Under the pieces are notes generated by a model. It searched no databases and was not told the origin of the DNA. It saw nothing but the letters and a program-made list of their open reading frames with translations. A stretch of DNA of 62,806 nt from Acidobacteriaceae bacterium. GTDB lineage: Bacteria > Acidobacteriota > Terriglobia > Terriglobales > Acidobacteriaceae. The stretch's first letter is position 1; every line of letters starts with the position of its first letter. The stretch is taken from contig JASIAO010000105.1 of NCBI GenBank assembly GCA_030041955.1, positions 1 through 62,806 of the forward strand, given 5' to 3'. Shown here piece after piece: positions 36,293 to 44,845 of this stretch. The position numbers were made by a program, and so were the translations under genes.

Positions 36293-36446
36293 AATCTGCT
36301 CGCGCGGGACTCCGGGCGTCTTCGGCCTCAGGACGCGAATGCTCGAACCGCCTTTGTCAGCGACTCAGGAAAAGAACAAACTACCAGCATGCGCGGAGAA
36401 CACCCCGAGCGCCAAGCCTGATGTACTGCGAACCGCTCTCATTTTC

Positions 36447-36462
36447 AGTGATGAGCGTCACA
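36447..36462. promoter_or_regulatory. CRP/FNR-type palindrome AGTGA-TGAGCG-TCACA (site 4 of 5)
   Basis: About 160 nt upstream of the DUF362-amrS operon start codon (36292). Confidence 0.4.
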
Positions 36463-36522
36463 GCTTTCCGGATGCGGTTGCGTGCGCTCGAATACCCGGA
36501 ACCGGATGCTCGGGGCCTCGGC

Positions 36523-37827
36523 TCAAGGAGACCTTCCCAGGCGCATGCGGCGCTCAGGATCGTTGGCCCGCGTCCCGGAAACGGGCGCGAACAGATGTTC
36601 GTAACGATTGTGTGGATTCCACAACATCCAGCCATCGCTTCCGAATTCTGTTGCGGCGCGAATCTGGCTGTGAACCGCAGCGGCATCGAACGCCCGCCGA
36701 TCGAAAGCATAGTCCCGAAATGCCTGAATCCATGGACGGAAGCGGTCTGCAGGCAGGTTGACGCGGCGCCGCGCGTTTTCGAGGGTCTGCAGGATCACCT
36801 CAGAAGGGTATGCGACAGGATTTCGATAATTGGGGATACCGTACTGGAAGCAGGACGGATAGAGCATCGGTGACACGTAGTCCACAATGTTAGCGATACG
36901 TTCAAGCTGCTGGCCGATCCCGGTATCATTCGCATTCCAGCACACATAGCCAAAGATATCGACAGCAAGGTACACATTGAATCTGGCAAGTTGACGCTTT
37001 GCCTCGTTCAGAAATCCCCCGATCGCTTCGATCCGCGCAACTTCCCCGGCCGCGCGCGCAAAGCGAAGTTGGCCGGCGAAATCCGGAAAGCGGACATAAT
37101 CGAACTGGATCTCGTCAAAACCTGCCTGTGCAGCCTCCCGAGCTATGGCAATGTTGTAGTTCCACACTTCGCCCTCGAATGGATCGGTCCATGCGAGGCC
37201 CTCGCGATCGCGATAGAGCTGCCCGTTGGCGCGGTGTACGGCCAGATCGGCACGGGCAGTAGCAAGGGGCGTGTCCTTGAAAACGACGATGCGGGCGATC
37301 ACGTAGACGCCTTCGCTGTGCAGGGTACCCACCAGGAATGCCAGGCTGGGAATGGTGGTGATCTGGCGCGCGCCATCTATCCTGGCAAGAGGTACCGCAC
37401 TGGGATAAGGAATGAGGCCGCGGTCCCCCTTAACGTCGATGACCAGCGAGTTGATAAAGCCCTGGTGGATCAATCTCAGAGCGGCGCTCCGAAGCGGTCT
37501 GGAGCCGATGCCGTAGACCGAGAGGTAAAGCGCTCGTGGCGTGAACGGCGCAAGAGGAAGCCTGCCACCAAGGGCCGCGACCTGAGCCGATGTGTAGCTC
37601 GCAGCGCGATAGCCGGGCGCGCGAACTGCGATCATCTGTGTTTCGCCCGCGACGCAGTAGAGACCTTCTACGTCCGCGGCGATCACCTGTTCTCCCACGT
37701 TAATGATGGCGGCTGGAATCCCGGTGCCGGTTGTGGCATCGACCACGCGCCCCCGGAAAGCACACGCGCCAGAGCAGCGAAATGAAACCGCAAGAGTCAG
37801 GGCGAAGCTGAGGATGGCGCTTCTCAT
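36523..37827 (-). CDS. Putative glycoside hydrolase-like protein (DUF4015 / GHL family), secreted
   Basis: Signal peptide, carboxypeptidase-regulatory-like N-terminal segment, then a TIM-barrel-like DUF4015 pattern (FDEIQFDYVRFP, SPMLYPS, WIQAF). Confidence 0.6.
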   Translation of the reverse strand: MRSAILSFALTLAVSFRCSGACAFRGRVVDATTGTGIPAAIINVGEQVIAADVEGLYCVAGETQMIAVRAPGYRAASYTSAQVAALGGRLPLAPFTPRALYLSVYGIGSRPLRSAALRLIHQGFINSLVIDVKGDRGLIPYPSAVPLARIDGARQITTIPSLAFLVGTLHSEGVYVIARIVVFKDTPLATARADLAVHRANGQLYRDREGLAWTDPFEGEVWNYNIAIAREAAQAGFDEIQFDYVRFPDFAGQLRFARAAGEVARIEAIGGFLNEAKRQLARFNVYLAVDIFGYVCWNANDTGIGQQLERIANIVDYVSPMLYPSCFQYGIPNYRNPVAYPSEVILQTLENARRRVNLPADRFRPWIQAFRDYAFDRRAFDAAAVHSQIRAATEFGSDGWMLWNPHNRYEHLFAPVSGTRANDPERRMRLGRSP

Positions 37828-38612
37828 GGCGTGGCCCTTTCGGCTGCGGGATGCAGGAGCCTGCTCAACGCCTCGCCTCGGTCTCTGTCGGAGACAGCGA
37901 TACGAGGGATTGCGAAGCGGTTGCCTCGTGTTCTGACGAGGCCGCCGGTGTAGGCAAAGGCAGCAATGTATCCAGCATGGGCCGCGGCCTGTTCCAGTTC
38001 CGGATCGACAATGCCAAAGGGCCAGGCCAGAAGGTTAACCTGAACGCCGAGCTGTTGTTCGAGCACTGCGCAGGAGTGGTTGAGCTGGAATGCGACGAAT
38101 GCCTGATAGTCTGCAGGGCTCCGGCGTGTTTTCTCCCGGTGAAAATTGGGGTGCCAGTAGGTATGCGACTGCACGTCAACGAGGCCGGAACGCTGCATTT
38201 CCCGGAGTTCGTCCCAGGTGAGGGCGTAGGAAGCTCTGGAAATCGCCGATGGATAGATGAAGAGGGTTACGGGAATCCGCTGCTGCCGGATGACCGGAAA
38301 CATCTCTGTGAATACGGAGCGATGACCGTCGTCCACGGTGATGGCTACGGCACCGGGCTCCGGCGGGCGCCCGTCCCGCACAAACTGTATGACCTCGGCC
38401 AGCGGCACGATTTTGTAACCATGTTCGGCGAGCCAGGCCAATTGACTTTTCAACGTTGAAGTTTTTACGGTTGTGGGCCCAGCTTCCTGCGGATTGAAGC
38501 GATGGTAGACAAGGACCGGCACCGCCACGGAATCGAGTTTGTCCTGTCCCGGATCCGACAAGGGCATCCCCATGCTGAACGCAGCAACGAGGATGAGCGC
38601 CCGACCCAACAT
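37824..38612 (-). CDS. Polysaccharide deacetylase (CE4, PgaB/IcaB N-terminal-like)
   Basis: Preferred ATG 38612 (MLGRALILVAAFSMG). VLVYHRF, ITVDDGHRS and QSHTYWHPNF are CE4 motifs. The stop overlaps the downstream gene start. Confidence 0.75.
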   Translation of the reverse strand: MLGRALILVAAFSMGMPLSDPGQDKLDSVAVPVLVYHRFNPQEAGPTTVKTSTLKSQLAWLAEHGYKIVPLAEVIQFVRDGRPPEPGAVAITVDDGHRSVFTEMFPVIRQQRIPVTLFIYPSAISRASYALTWDELREMQRSGLVDVQSHTYWHPNFHREKTRRSPADYQAFVAFQLNHSCAVLEQQLGVQVNLLAWPFGIVDPELEQAAAHAGYIAAFAYTGGLVRTRGNRFAIPRIAVSDRDRGEALSRLLHPAAERATP

Positions 38613-38935
38613 GCAGGCCTCAATCGGATCGGCTTCCAGTTCTGTTCTCCGATCGCACCCGCATCTTTGACGTTCAACTCCAGAGAAGCGAAGCGAGAGC
38701 AGGAATCGGGGGCGATTGCTAAAGTGCAGTGCTGCAGCAATCTCCAGCACATGATTCCATGGTCGAGTGCGAAGACTTTTGTCTCATCAAAAAAACAATA
38801 TCGACACCGGGCTGTTGCGCGCCAGCGGTGTCCTGCTATCGATCGCAGGCGAGACGACGCGGTCCGCAATCCGCGCCACGAATTCAATACCAACAGTTCA
38901 GCGCCCGGTCGCTTGGTCTCTGGTCAGCGGCGGCT

Positions 38936-39664
38936 TCACTGGGGAGTCGCACGCTCTCGGGAGCCCGAGGCTCGCGGGAAGTGGAGGATCCATGTGACCG
39001 CTGCTCCCAGCGCAGCGCTCAAAGGCACGACGGCGGTGTGCCACACGAGCACGTGGGCGGCCTCGAAATTGGGGCAATGCAACTCCAGCATAGCCACGCC
39101 GGCAATGCCGCCGAGGGTGCCCGCTGCCAATCCGGCAGAAACAGGGTTGAGAGCGACGCCGCGACGCAGCAGCAGCAGCCAGCTGAGCAAGGCGGCCGGG
39201 ACGGCATAGAGGAGCCCGGTGAGCAGGCAGGCGACGCCGACGGGAACAAAGTGCTCGACATGACAATCGCGAAAGAGGAATGCAAAGATGGCCAGCAACA
39301 CCGCGCTGCCGAAAGCCAAAAGCGCACCCGAAGAGAGACGACGCCGGCTGCCGGGGATCATTTCGTGGACGAATGCTGCGCCTGCCACCCATATAAGGAG
39401 GACGAGCGTAGAAAAGACGAGCGAGCGCTCGAGGATATCCATTTTTTCGATTCCGAAGAACCCTGCATGGGCCGCGCCCGCCACAGAGACGGCCGCGCAG
39501 ACGAAGAACAGTCCACTCGTGATCGCCCACGTGGACGGCAGCGGACGAACCGGCCGGAGCGAGGGCTTGATCGACTCGGCAACCCGCCGCAGCGTCTCCG
39601 GCTGCGGATCGTGCGCGGCGCGCGCAGCCCTGTTCAGGACATCGTCAATCTCTTCGTCTTTCAC
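38936..39664 (-). CDS. NrsF-type (DUF1109) six-TM anti-sigma factor
   Basis: The GTG start overlaps the sigma stop (GTGA). Short cytoplasmic N-terminus, then about 6 hydrophobic helices with conserved Cys/His (..ELHCPNFEAAHVLVWH..). Confidence 0.6.
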   Translation of the reverse strand: MKDEEIDDVLNRAARAAHDPQPETLRRVAESIKPSLRPVRPLPSTWAITSGLFFVCAAVSVAGAAHAGFFGIEKMDILERSLVFSTLVLLIWVAGAAFVHEMIPGSRRRLSSGALLAFGSAVLLAIFAFLFRDCHVEHFVPVGVACLLTGLLYAVPAALLSWLLLLRRGVALNPVSAGLAAGTLGGIAGVAMLELHCPNFEAAHVLVWHTAVVPLSAALGAAVTWILHFPRASGSRERATPQ

Positions 39665-40251
39665 GACAGCCCGCTTCTCCCCCCTCGCGATCCGATTGCG
39701 TGCACGGTCAGCGTCTTTCTCAATTTCTCGTAGGCCCGGTGTGCTTTCTGCTTGACTGCGCCCACCGTGGAAGAAGTGGCTCGCGCCACCTCCTCCAGTG
39801 ACATTCCAGAAACCTTCAGCATGGCGACTATCTCGCGCTGGCTCTCGGAAAGGGGAGCCAGCAGTGCGTCCAGATCGTGAGCCGGGCCGAACTCCGCAGG
39901 CGTTGCCGCCGCAGTACCGGACATCGCCTCCAGTTCGCGCTCGCCGGCCAGGGTGCGCATCGACTTGCGATAGTGATCGACTCGAACGTGGCGGGCAATG
40001 GCATAGAACCACGGCAGCGCCGGCTCGCCGGGGCGATAGGTATGCCTGACCCTGTGGATGCGAAGCCACGTGTCCTGCAGCAGATCGTCAGCATCGGCGC
40101 GGCTGGCGGATTGCGCGCTGAAAAACCGATGCAATTGCGGCCCAATGCGATCGATGAGCGCCGCCGCGGCCGCGAAATCTCCCTGCTGATAGAGGGCCAT
40201 CAGTGTCTCGAGATCGCTGTCCGCGTGCATGCGATGGATGGGTTCCTGCAA
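39661..40251 (-). CDS. ECF sigma-70 factor (SigF/ECF16-like)
   Basis: Region 2 DADDLLQDTWLRIH...PWFYAIARH and region 4 LSESQREIVAMLKVSGMSLEEVARATSSTVGAVKQKAHRA. Confidence 0.85.
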   Translation of the reverse strand: MQEPIHRMHADSDLETLMALYQQGDFAAAAALIDRIGPQLHRFFSAQSASRADADDLLQDTWLRIHRVRHTYRPGEPALPWFYAIARHVRVDHYRKSMRTLAGERELEAMSGTAAATPAEFGPAHDLDALLAPLSESQREIVAMLKVSGMSLEEVARATSSTVGAVKQKAHRAYEKLRKTLTVHAIGSRGGRSGLS

Positions 40252-40526
40252 CCTTTATCAGTACCGGGGTATGGATGTAAACCACTCCATGCGGACATGG
40301 CAGATGCGCCGGCCATGTGCAGGCCGACTCTATGGATTCGTCCAGGAACGCCAGGAAGTTACGCCGCCCGCAAAAATTCAGCAAATTTTTCAAACTGCGG
40401 ATTCCTGCGCAGCCGAGCGTAACTTTTCGCGGGCCGGCAGCGAATTCCCTGTCAGTGAAATTGCTCCGGCCCGCAGGAGGATCTCGCAAGGCGGGGCATC
40501 TCTCACCACAAATCCAGGAGGCGTCT

Positions 40527-41600
40527 GTGAGTCTTGAGAATTTCCATGAGTCTGGTCTGTGGCGTCGCGGCTTTACGATAGCGACGCTCTTCGTCGCTGG
40601 CGCGCTGGCCGCATACGGCCAGGGCCGCAGTACGCTGGTAGTTACCAGCACAAACGATCCGAGCGGCAATTCCGTCGTCGTATTCAGCCTCGGCGCCGGG
40701 CATACGCCTGCGCTGTGGCCGACGGAAAAGTTGCCTACTGGCGGCAAAGGCGGCGCAAGCGCCAATGCCGGCATAGTGCAGTTCATCGGCAGTCTGGGAG
40801 CAGTCGCGAATTATGGGTCGAACACGGTGACTCAGCTGGTGCGCTACGGCAATGCCATTGGCCTCGCCAAAACAATCCAACTGGCGCCGGACTGCGCAAA
40901 ACCGGACTCCGTCGCCCTGACCAACAGCCACGTCTTCGTGGTGGGCGCTACCTGCGCCGAGAGCCATGCGTGGCCATCCGGGTATGTGGATGGACCGGTG
41001 GTGACTCTTCCGGATACTTCCGCGGCGCAAATCGCAGTGGGTGACAGCTGGGCAGCGGTGACGCTGACTTCGGGATCTGTTCTTCAACTGCCGCTCGCGC
41101 AGGACGGGACGCTGAATGGATCGATGAATACCATCTCGCTGCCCAGCGACGCGGACATGGTTCCCCTTGGTGAAGCTTTCTGGGGCGATACCCTGGGCTT
41201 CACGCCGGCGCACAGTCCTGACAGCTTCGCCATCCTGGACCAGAACCAGAGCCTTTACCCGATAGCCGGACCGACGCCGTCCTATCCCACCAATGCTCCC
41301 TGCTGGGTGGCCAAAGGCGGAGGAAACATCTGGTACACGGGCAACTCTCCTGGTGACGCCATCTCCATCTTCTTCAGCGACAACCAGGGCGGGGTCTTCT
41401 ACAAATCCGTGCCGCTCCCGGGCTCGCCAACCGACGTAACGGTCTCCCCTGACGGCAACTTGTTAGCTGTCATTTATGCCGCGGCGAACAACGCGTATGT
41501 CGAAGTCTTCGCCATTGACGACCACGGCGACCTCTCGCCGATAGCCACCTCCCCGGCAATCGGCGTCACCTCCTTCAGCGGCGTTGCCTTCAGTCAATAG
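40527..41600 (+). CDS. Secreted beta-propeller-like protein (lactonase/YVTN-like repeats), function unknown
   Basis: GTG at 40527 has AGGAGG upstream. Signal-like FTIATLFVAGALAAYGQ. Repeats such as VTVSPDGNLLAVIYAAANNAYVEVFAID. Confidence 0.5.
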   Translation: MSLENFHESGLWRRGFTIATLFVAGALAAYGQGRSTLVVTSTNDPSGNSVVVFSLGAGHTPALWPTEKLPTGGKGGASANAGIVQFIGSLGAVANYGSNTVTQLVRYGNAIGLAKTIQLAPDCAKPDSVALTNSHVFVVGATCAESHAWPSGYVDGPVVTLPDTSAAQIAVGDSWAAVTLTSGSVLQLPLAQDGTLNGSMNTISLPSDADMVPLGEAFWGDTLGFTPAHSPDSFAILDQNQSLYPIAGPTPSYPTNAPCWVAKGGGNIWYTGNSPGDAISIFFSDNQGGVFYKSVPLPGSPTDVTVSPDGNLLAVIYAAANNAYVEVFAIDDHGDLSPIATSPAIGVTSFSGVAFSQ

Positions 41601-41613
41601 CCGACTGTTTCGC

Positions 41614-41654
41614 GTCGTCCTGCCTGGCGGGCCTGGCTCGCCGGGCAAGACGAC
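41614..41654. terminator. Long imperfect hairpin between convergent genes
   Basis: GTCGTCcTGCCtGGCG...CGCCgGGCAaGACGAC. No clear U-tract. Confidence 0.35.
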
Positions 41655-41731
41655 CCAGTGGGTATCAGCACCCCGGGTATTCGGGGTCTCATGCAGTCGC
41701 GAGATCCGCGAACTCGACACGCAGAACCGCC

Positions 41732-42640
41732 TCAGAAATGGAGTCCTCCGCCGCAGATCAGCACCTCTCCGGTAACGTAATCGGAGAGAGGTGAGCAGAA
41801 AAACAGCACTGCGCCGGCCGCCTCTTCGGGCGTCCCAAGGCGCCCCAGAGGGCATGCGCTCTTCACCGATTCGAGGAGGCTGGGCTGCACGCCGAGACGG
41901 ATCTGATGTCCATGCATCTCCATTTTGGCGTCCGGCTGATTGAGGTCCTGCACCAGCCGTGTCTGGATGAGACCGAATCCGACCGCATTGACGTTGACGT
42001 TGTAGCGCCCCCATTCCTTGGCCAGAGTTTTCGTCAGTCCGATGACGCCGGCCTTACCCGACGAATAGCCAGCCTGACCGGGATTGCCGTCGGTCCCCGC
42101 GATCGAGGTGATGTTGACTACCTTGCGCATGACGCGAAGGCCCGCGGCGATCTCCTCCTTGGCACGCTCGCGAATATAGCCTGAGGCTGCGCGGAGAATG
42201 CGAAAGGGGGTAACCAGGTGAATCTCCAGCATCGCCTGGAACTGCTCATCGGTAGTTTTCTGGATGACGTTGTCCCAGCTATAGCCGGCGTTATTGACGA
42301 TGATATCGATGGAACCGAAGGCGTCGATGGCGGTCTGCACGATTCGTTCGGGCGTAGAAGCGTCGGTGAGGTCGCCGGCGACGTGCTGCACCCGTTCCCC
42401 AGCGTCCAGTTCGGCTTCGGTTTCGCGCAGCATCGCCTCGTCGAGATCGTTGACCATCACGGAAGCGCCGGCCGCTGCCAGCCGCCGGGCGATTGCCCGG
42501 CCAATGCCGCGTCCAGCGCCGGTGACGAGTGCGGTTTTGCCTTCCAGCGTGAACGGTGCCTCGGTAACGGTCACCGGGCGGTCTTGCATAGTATCTGTTG
42601 CCATTTCTTCGAATCCACCCCGAGCGAAGTTTGCTGTCAT
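41732..42640 (-). CDS. SDR family oxidoreductase
   Basis: TALVTGAGRGIGRAIA Rossmann motif and the Y-x3-K catalytic region (GYSSGKAG). The start is uncertain (42640, 42604 or 42589). Confidence 0.85.
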   Translation of the reverse strand: MTANFARGGFEEMATDTMQDRPVTVTEAPFTLEGKTALVTGAGRGIGRAIARRLAAAGASVMVNDLDEAMLRETEAELDAGERVQHVAGDLTDASTPERIVQTAIDAFGSIDIIVNNAGYSWDNVIQKTTDEQFQAMLEIHLVTPFRILRAASGYIRERAKEEIAAGLRVMRKVVNITSIAGTDGNPGQAGYSSGKAGVIGLTKTLAKEWGRYNVNVNAVGFGLIQTRLVQDLNQPDAKMEMHGHQIRLGVQPSLLESVKSACPLGRLGTPEEAAGAVLFFCSPLSDYVTGEVLICGGGLHF

Positions 42641-42813
42641 GCAGCGAACGTGGTGCTGCAGCGCAGCATATGCCCTGAGATTACCTCCGCTCCCCCTGAG
42701 TTGTCCAACCCTGATTTGCTGCCGGTCGCGCGCTGGAATCTCTGACAGGCGCTTACCCCTCCCCGCTTAGCCTCAGCGGAGGAATTTGCAGGCGCGGTAC
42801 TGCTCGGACTGCG

Positions 42814-43047
42814 TCACCGGCGAAGTGCTGCCTTGCGGTGGGGACCTGCACTTTTAGCGGCGTGCTTCGGGGGCTCAGTCTCGACGGCGTGTGGCTCACG
42901 ATCAGCATCTTTGGCGAACAAATATTCCTCCTCGACGAGCCAGTACACCTCCAGCCAGTGATCGAGGCTGTGTTCGTGACCGGAGTCGTGCGAAGACGGG
43001 TGGGGCTTTTCCGGAACCCCGGAAATGTGTTCCATTAGGGCAGGCAT
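42814..43047 (-). CDS. Small His-rich hypothetical protein
   Basis: 77 aa, MPALMEHISGVPEKPHPSSHDSGHEHSLDHW... Strong GGAGG lies 5 nt upstream of the ATG. A perfect CRP-type site lies about 85 nt upstream. Confidence 0.5.
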   Translation of the reverse strand: MPALMEHISGVPEKPHPSSHDSGHEHSLDHWLEVYWLVEEEYLFAKDADREPHAVETEPPKHAAKSAGPHRKAALRR

Positions 43048-43123
43048 AATCGCCTCCGGTTAGATCGCCTGTTCGGGATCAATCAGAACTGGCCACAGAT
43101 CAGCACAAAGACCGGTGTCGCGC

Positions 43124-43139
43124 TGTGATGGCCATCACA
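43124..43139. promoter_or_regulatory. CRP/FNR-type palindrome TGTGA-TGGCCA-TCACA (site 5 of 5)
   Basis: Perfect 18-nt dyad CTGTGATGGCCATCACAG (43123-43140) in the 1-kb gap between the SDR gene and phaA. Confidence 0.45.
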
Positions 43140-43643
43140 GTGCCTTCGTTTTCATCGCATCAATAAGAGGACCGGCAATGTGCGCAATACAACGCTGACA
43201 TTTACGCCGAGAGCTTACATTAATGGCATTCCGCGGCTGCGACTTTTCGATACGGTTCGCTTTCTTTCCTCCCTGCTGCTGATTGCCTCCCGACGCCGCG
43301 AGATTTTGTACGGGCCCACGGTCGGAGGACAGAGCCGACTCTCAAGCCCTGCCACTTCGACATTTGCGTTGATGCGGTGGTGCCGCTGCCATGTGCGTCT
43401 ATGCTCACTTACGTGCCGGAGTCGCAGAGTCGCGCGTTCCACCATGCAGCCCCAAGCCTGTTAGTCATCCTGCCCCAATAGCCCGCACCGGGGTCCGGCT
43501 CGACACCGGATCCTTCTCCTCAACTCCCGCTCGAATATCCGCGACAGCCGCCACACCGGTCTCGCATCCACGCGAAGCCGGCGCGTTCGGATTTTGCGCG
43601 CTCCGGCGAATTCTCCCGGGAACAACCTGAAGGGAGCTGGCCC

Positions 43644-44831
43644 ATGACAGATCGTGAAGTAGTCGTCCTGAGCGCCGTGCGCACCGCCATCGGTAAATTC
43701 GGAGGAGCCCTGAAAGACATTCCTCCGACTGAACTCGCAGCGAAAGTCGTCTGCCAGGGGGTGCAGCGTTCGGGCCTTGCGCCGACCGACATTGGCCATG
43801 TCGTCTTCGGCAACGTGATTCACACCGATCCCAGGGATATGTATTTGGCGCGCGTTGCCGCGCTGCGCGGAGGCATACCTGTGGAAACGGCCGCCCTCAC
43901 TGTCAACCGACTGTGCGGCAGCGGTCTTCAGGCCATACTCACAGCCGCGGATTCCATCGTTCACGGCGATACCGACGCTGCGGTTGGCGGCGGCGCGGAG
44001 TCGATGAGCCGAGCGCCTTACTGGCTGCCCTCGATGCGATGGGGCGCGCGGCTCAACGATGCCACCGCTGTCGATGCTCTGGTGGCAGCCGTGACCGATC
44101 CGTTCGATCAGGTCCACATGGGAATCACGGCGGAAAACGTCGCGCGGAGATGGGAGATCACCAGACAGGATCAGGATGAGCTTGCCGTCGAGAGCCATCG
44201 CCGCGCGATAGAAGCCATCAACACAGGAAAATTCAACAATCAGATCGTGCCCATTGAACTGAAAACAAAAAATGGCCCGGCCTTCTTTATGACGGACGAG
44301 CAGCCGCGCTCCGACGCCACGATAGAAAACCTGGCAAGGCTAAAGCCGGCCTTTGATCCGAACGGAACGGTGACGGCGGGCAACGCGTCCAGCATCAATG
44401 ACGGCGCCGCGGCCGTAGTTCTGATGGAGCGCAAAGCGGCGGAAGAACGCGGCCTAAAACCATTAGCCACGCTGATTGACTACGTTGTCGTCGGCGTAGA
44501 GCCGAAGGTAATGGGCATCGGCCCGGTCTCGGCCGTCCGCAAGCTCTTCCAGCGGACCGGGCTGACCACGGAACAAATGGATGTGATCGAACTCAACGAG
44601 GCGTTCGCCGCGCAGTTGCTTGCGGTTCGACGCCAACTTGAATTCCCTCCGGACAAAACCAATCCCAATGGCAGCGGTATCTCGCTCGGTCATCCCCTGG
44701 GAGCAACTGGCGCCATTGTCACGGTGAAAGCGCTCCATGAACTGCGCAGAATCGGTGGAAAGTACGCGCTGGTCACCATGTGCATCGGCGGCGGGCAGGG
44801 CATTGCCGCTATTTTCGAAGGCAACCACTAA
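43644..44831 (+). CDS. phaA: Acetyl-CoA acetyltransferase (thiolase II)
   Basis: MTDREVVVLSAVRTAIGKFGG, NRLCGSGLQA (active Cys) and C-terminal CIGGGQGIA. Confidence 0.92.
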   Translation: MTDREVVVLSAVRTAIGKFGGALKDIPPTELAAKVVCQGVQRSGLAPTDIGHVVFGNVIHTDPRDMYLARVAALRGGIPVETAALTVNRLCGSGLQAILTAADSIVHGDTDAAVGGGAESMSRAPYWLPSMRWGARLNDATAVDALVAAVTDPFDQVHMGITAENVARRWEITRQDQDELAVESHRRAIEAINTGKFNNQIVPIELKTKNGPAFFMTDEQPRSDATIENLARLKPAFDPNGTVTAGNASSINDGAAAVVLMERKAAEERGLKPLATLIDYVVVGVEPKVMGIGPVSAVRKLFQRTGLTTEQMDVIELNEAFAAQLLAVRRQLEFPPDKTNPNGSGISLGHPLGATGAIVTVKALHELRRIGGKYALVTMCIGGGQGIAAIFEGNH

Positions 44832-44845
44832 ACAAGGAGGCGGAC

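Noticed and set aside
36381-36442. Small ORFs in the gap upstream of the DUF362-amrS operon that might encode a RiPP-like precursor, for example the 25-aa MRAVRSTSGLALGVFSAHAGSLFFS from ATG 36442
   Set aside because: There is no RBS. The ATG lies 5 nt from the putative regulator-binding dyad, which is incompatible with a promoter. The peptide has no recognisable leader or core features.
43123-43155. Rho-independent terminator (the 18-nt palindrome followed by a T-containing stretch)
   Set aside because: No + strand gene ends upstream of it, and the T-tract is weak (cgttttc). The exact TGTGA-N6-TCACA match makes a protein-binding site the better explanation.
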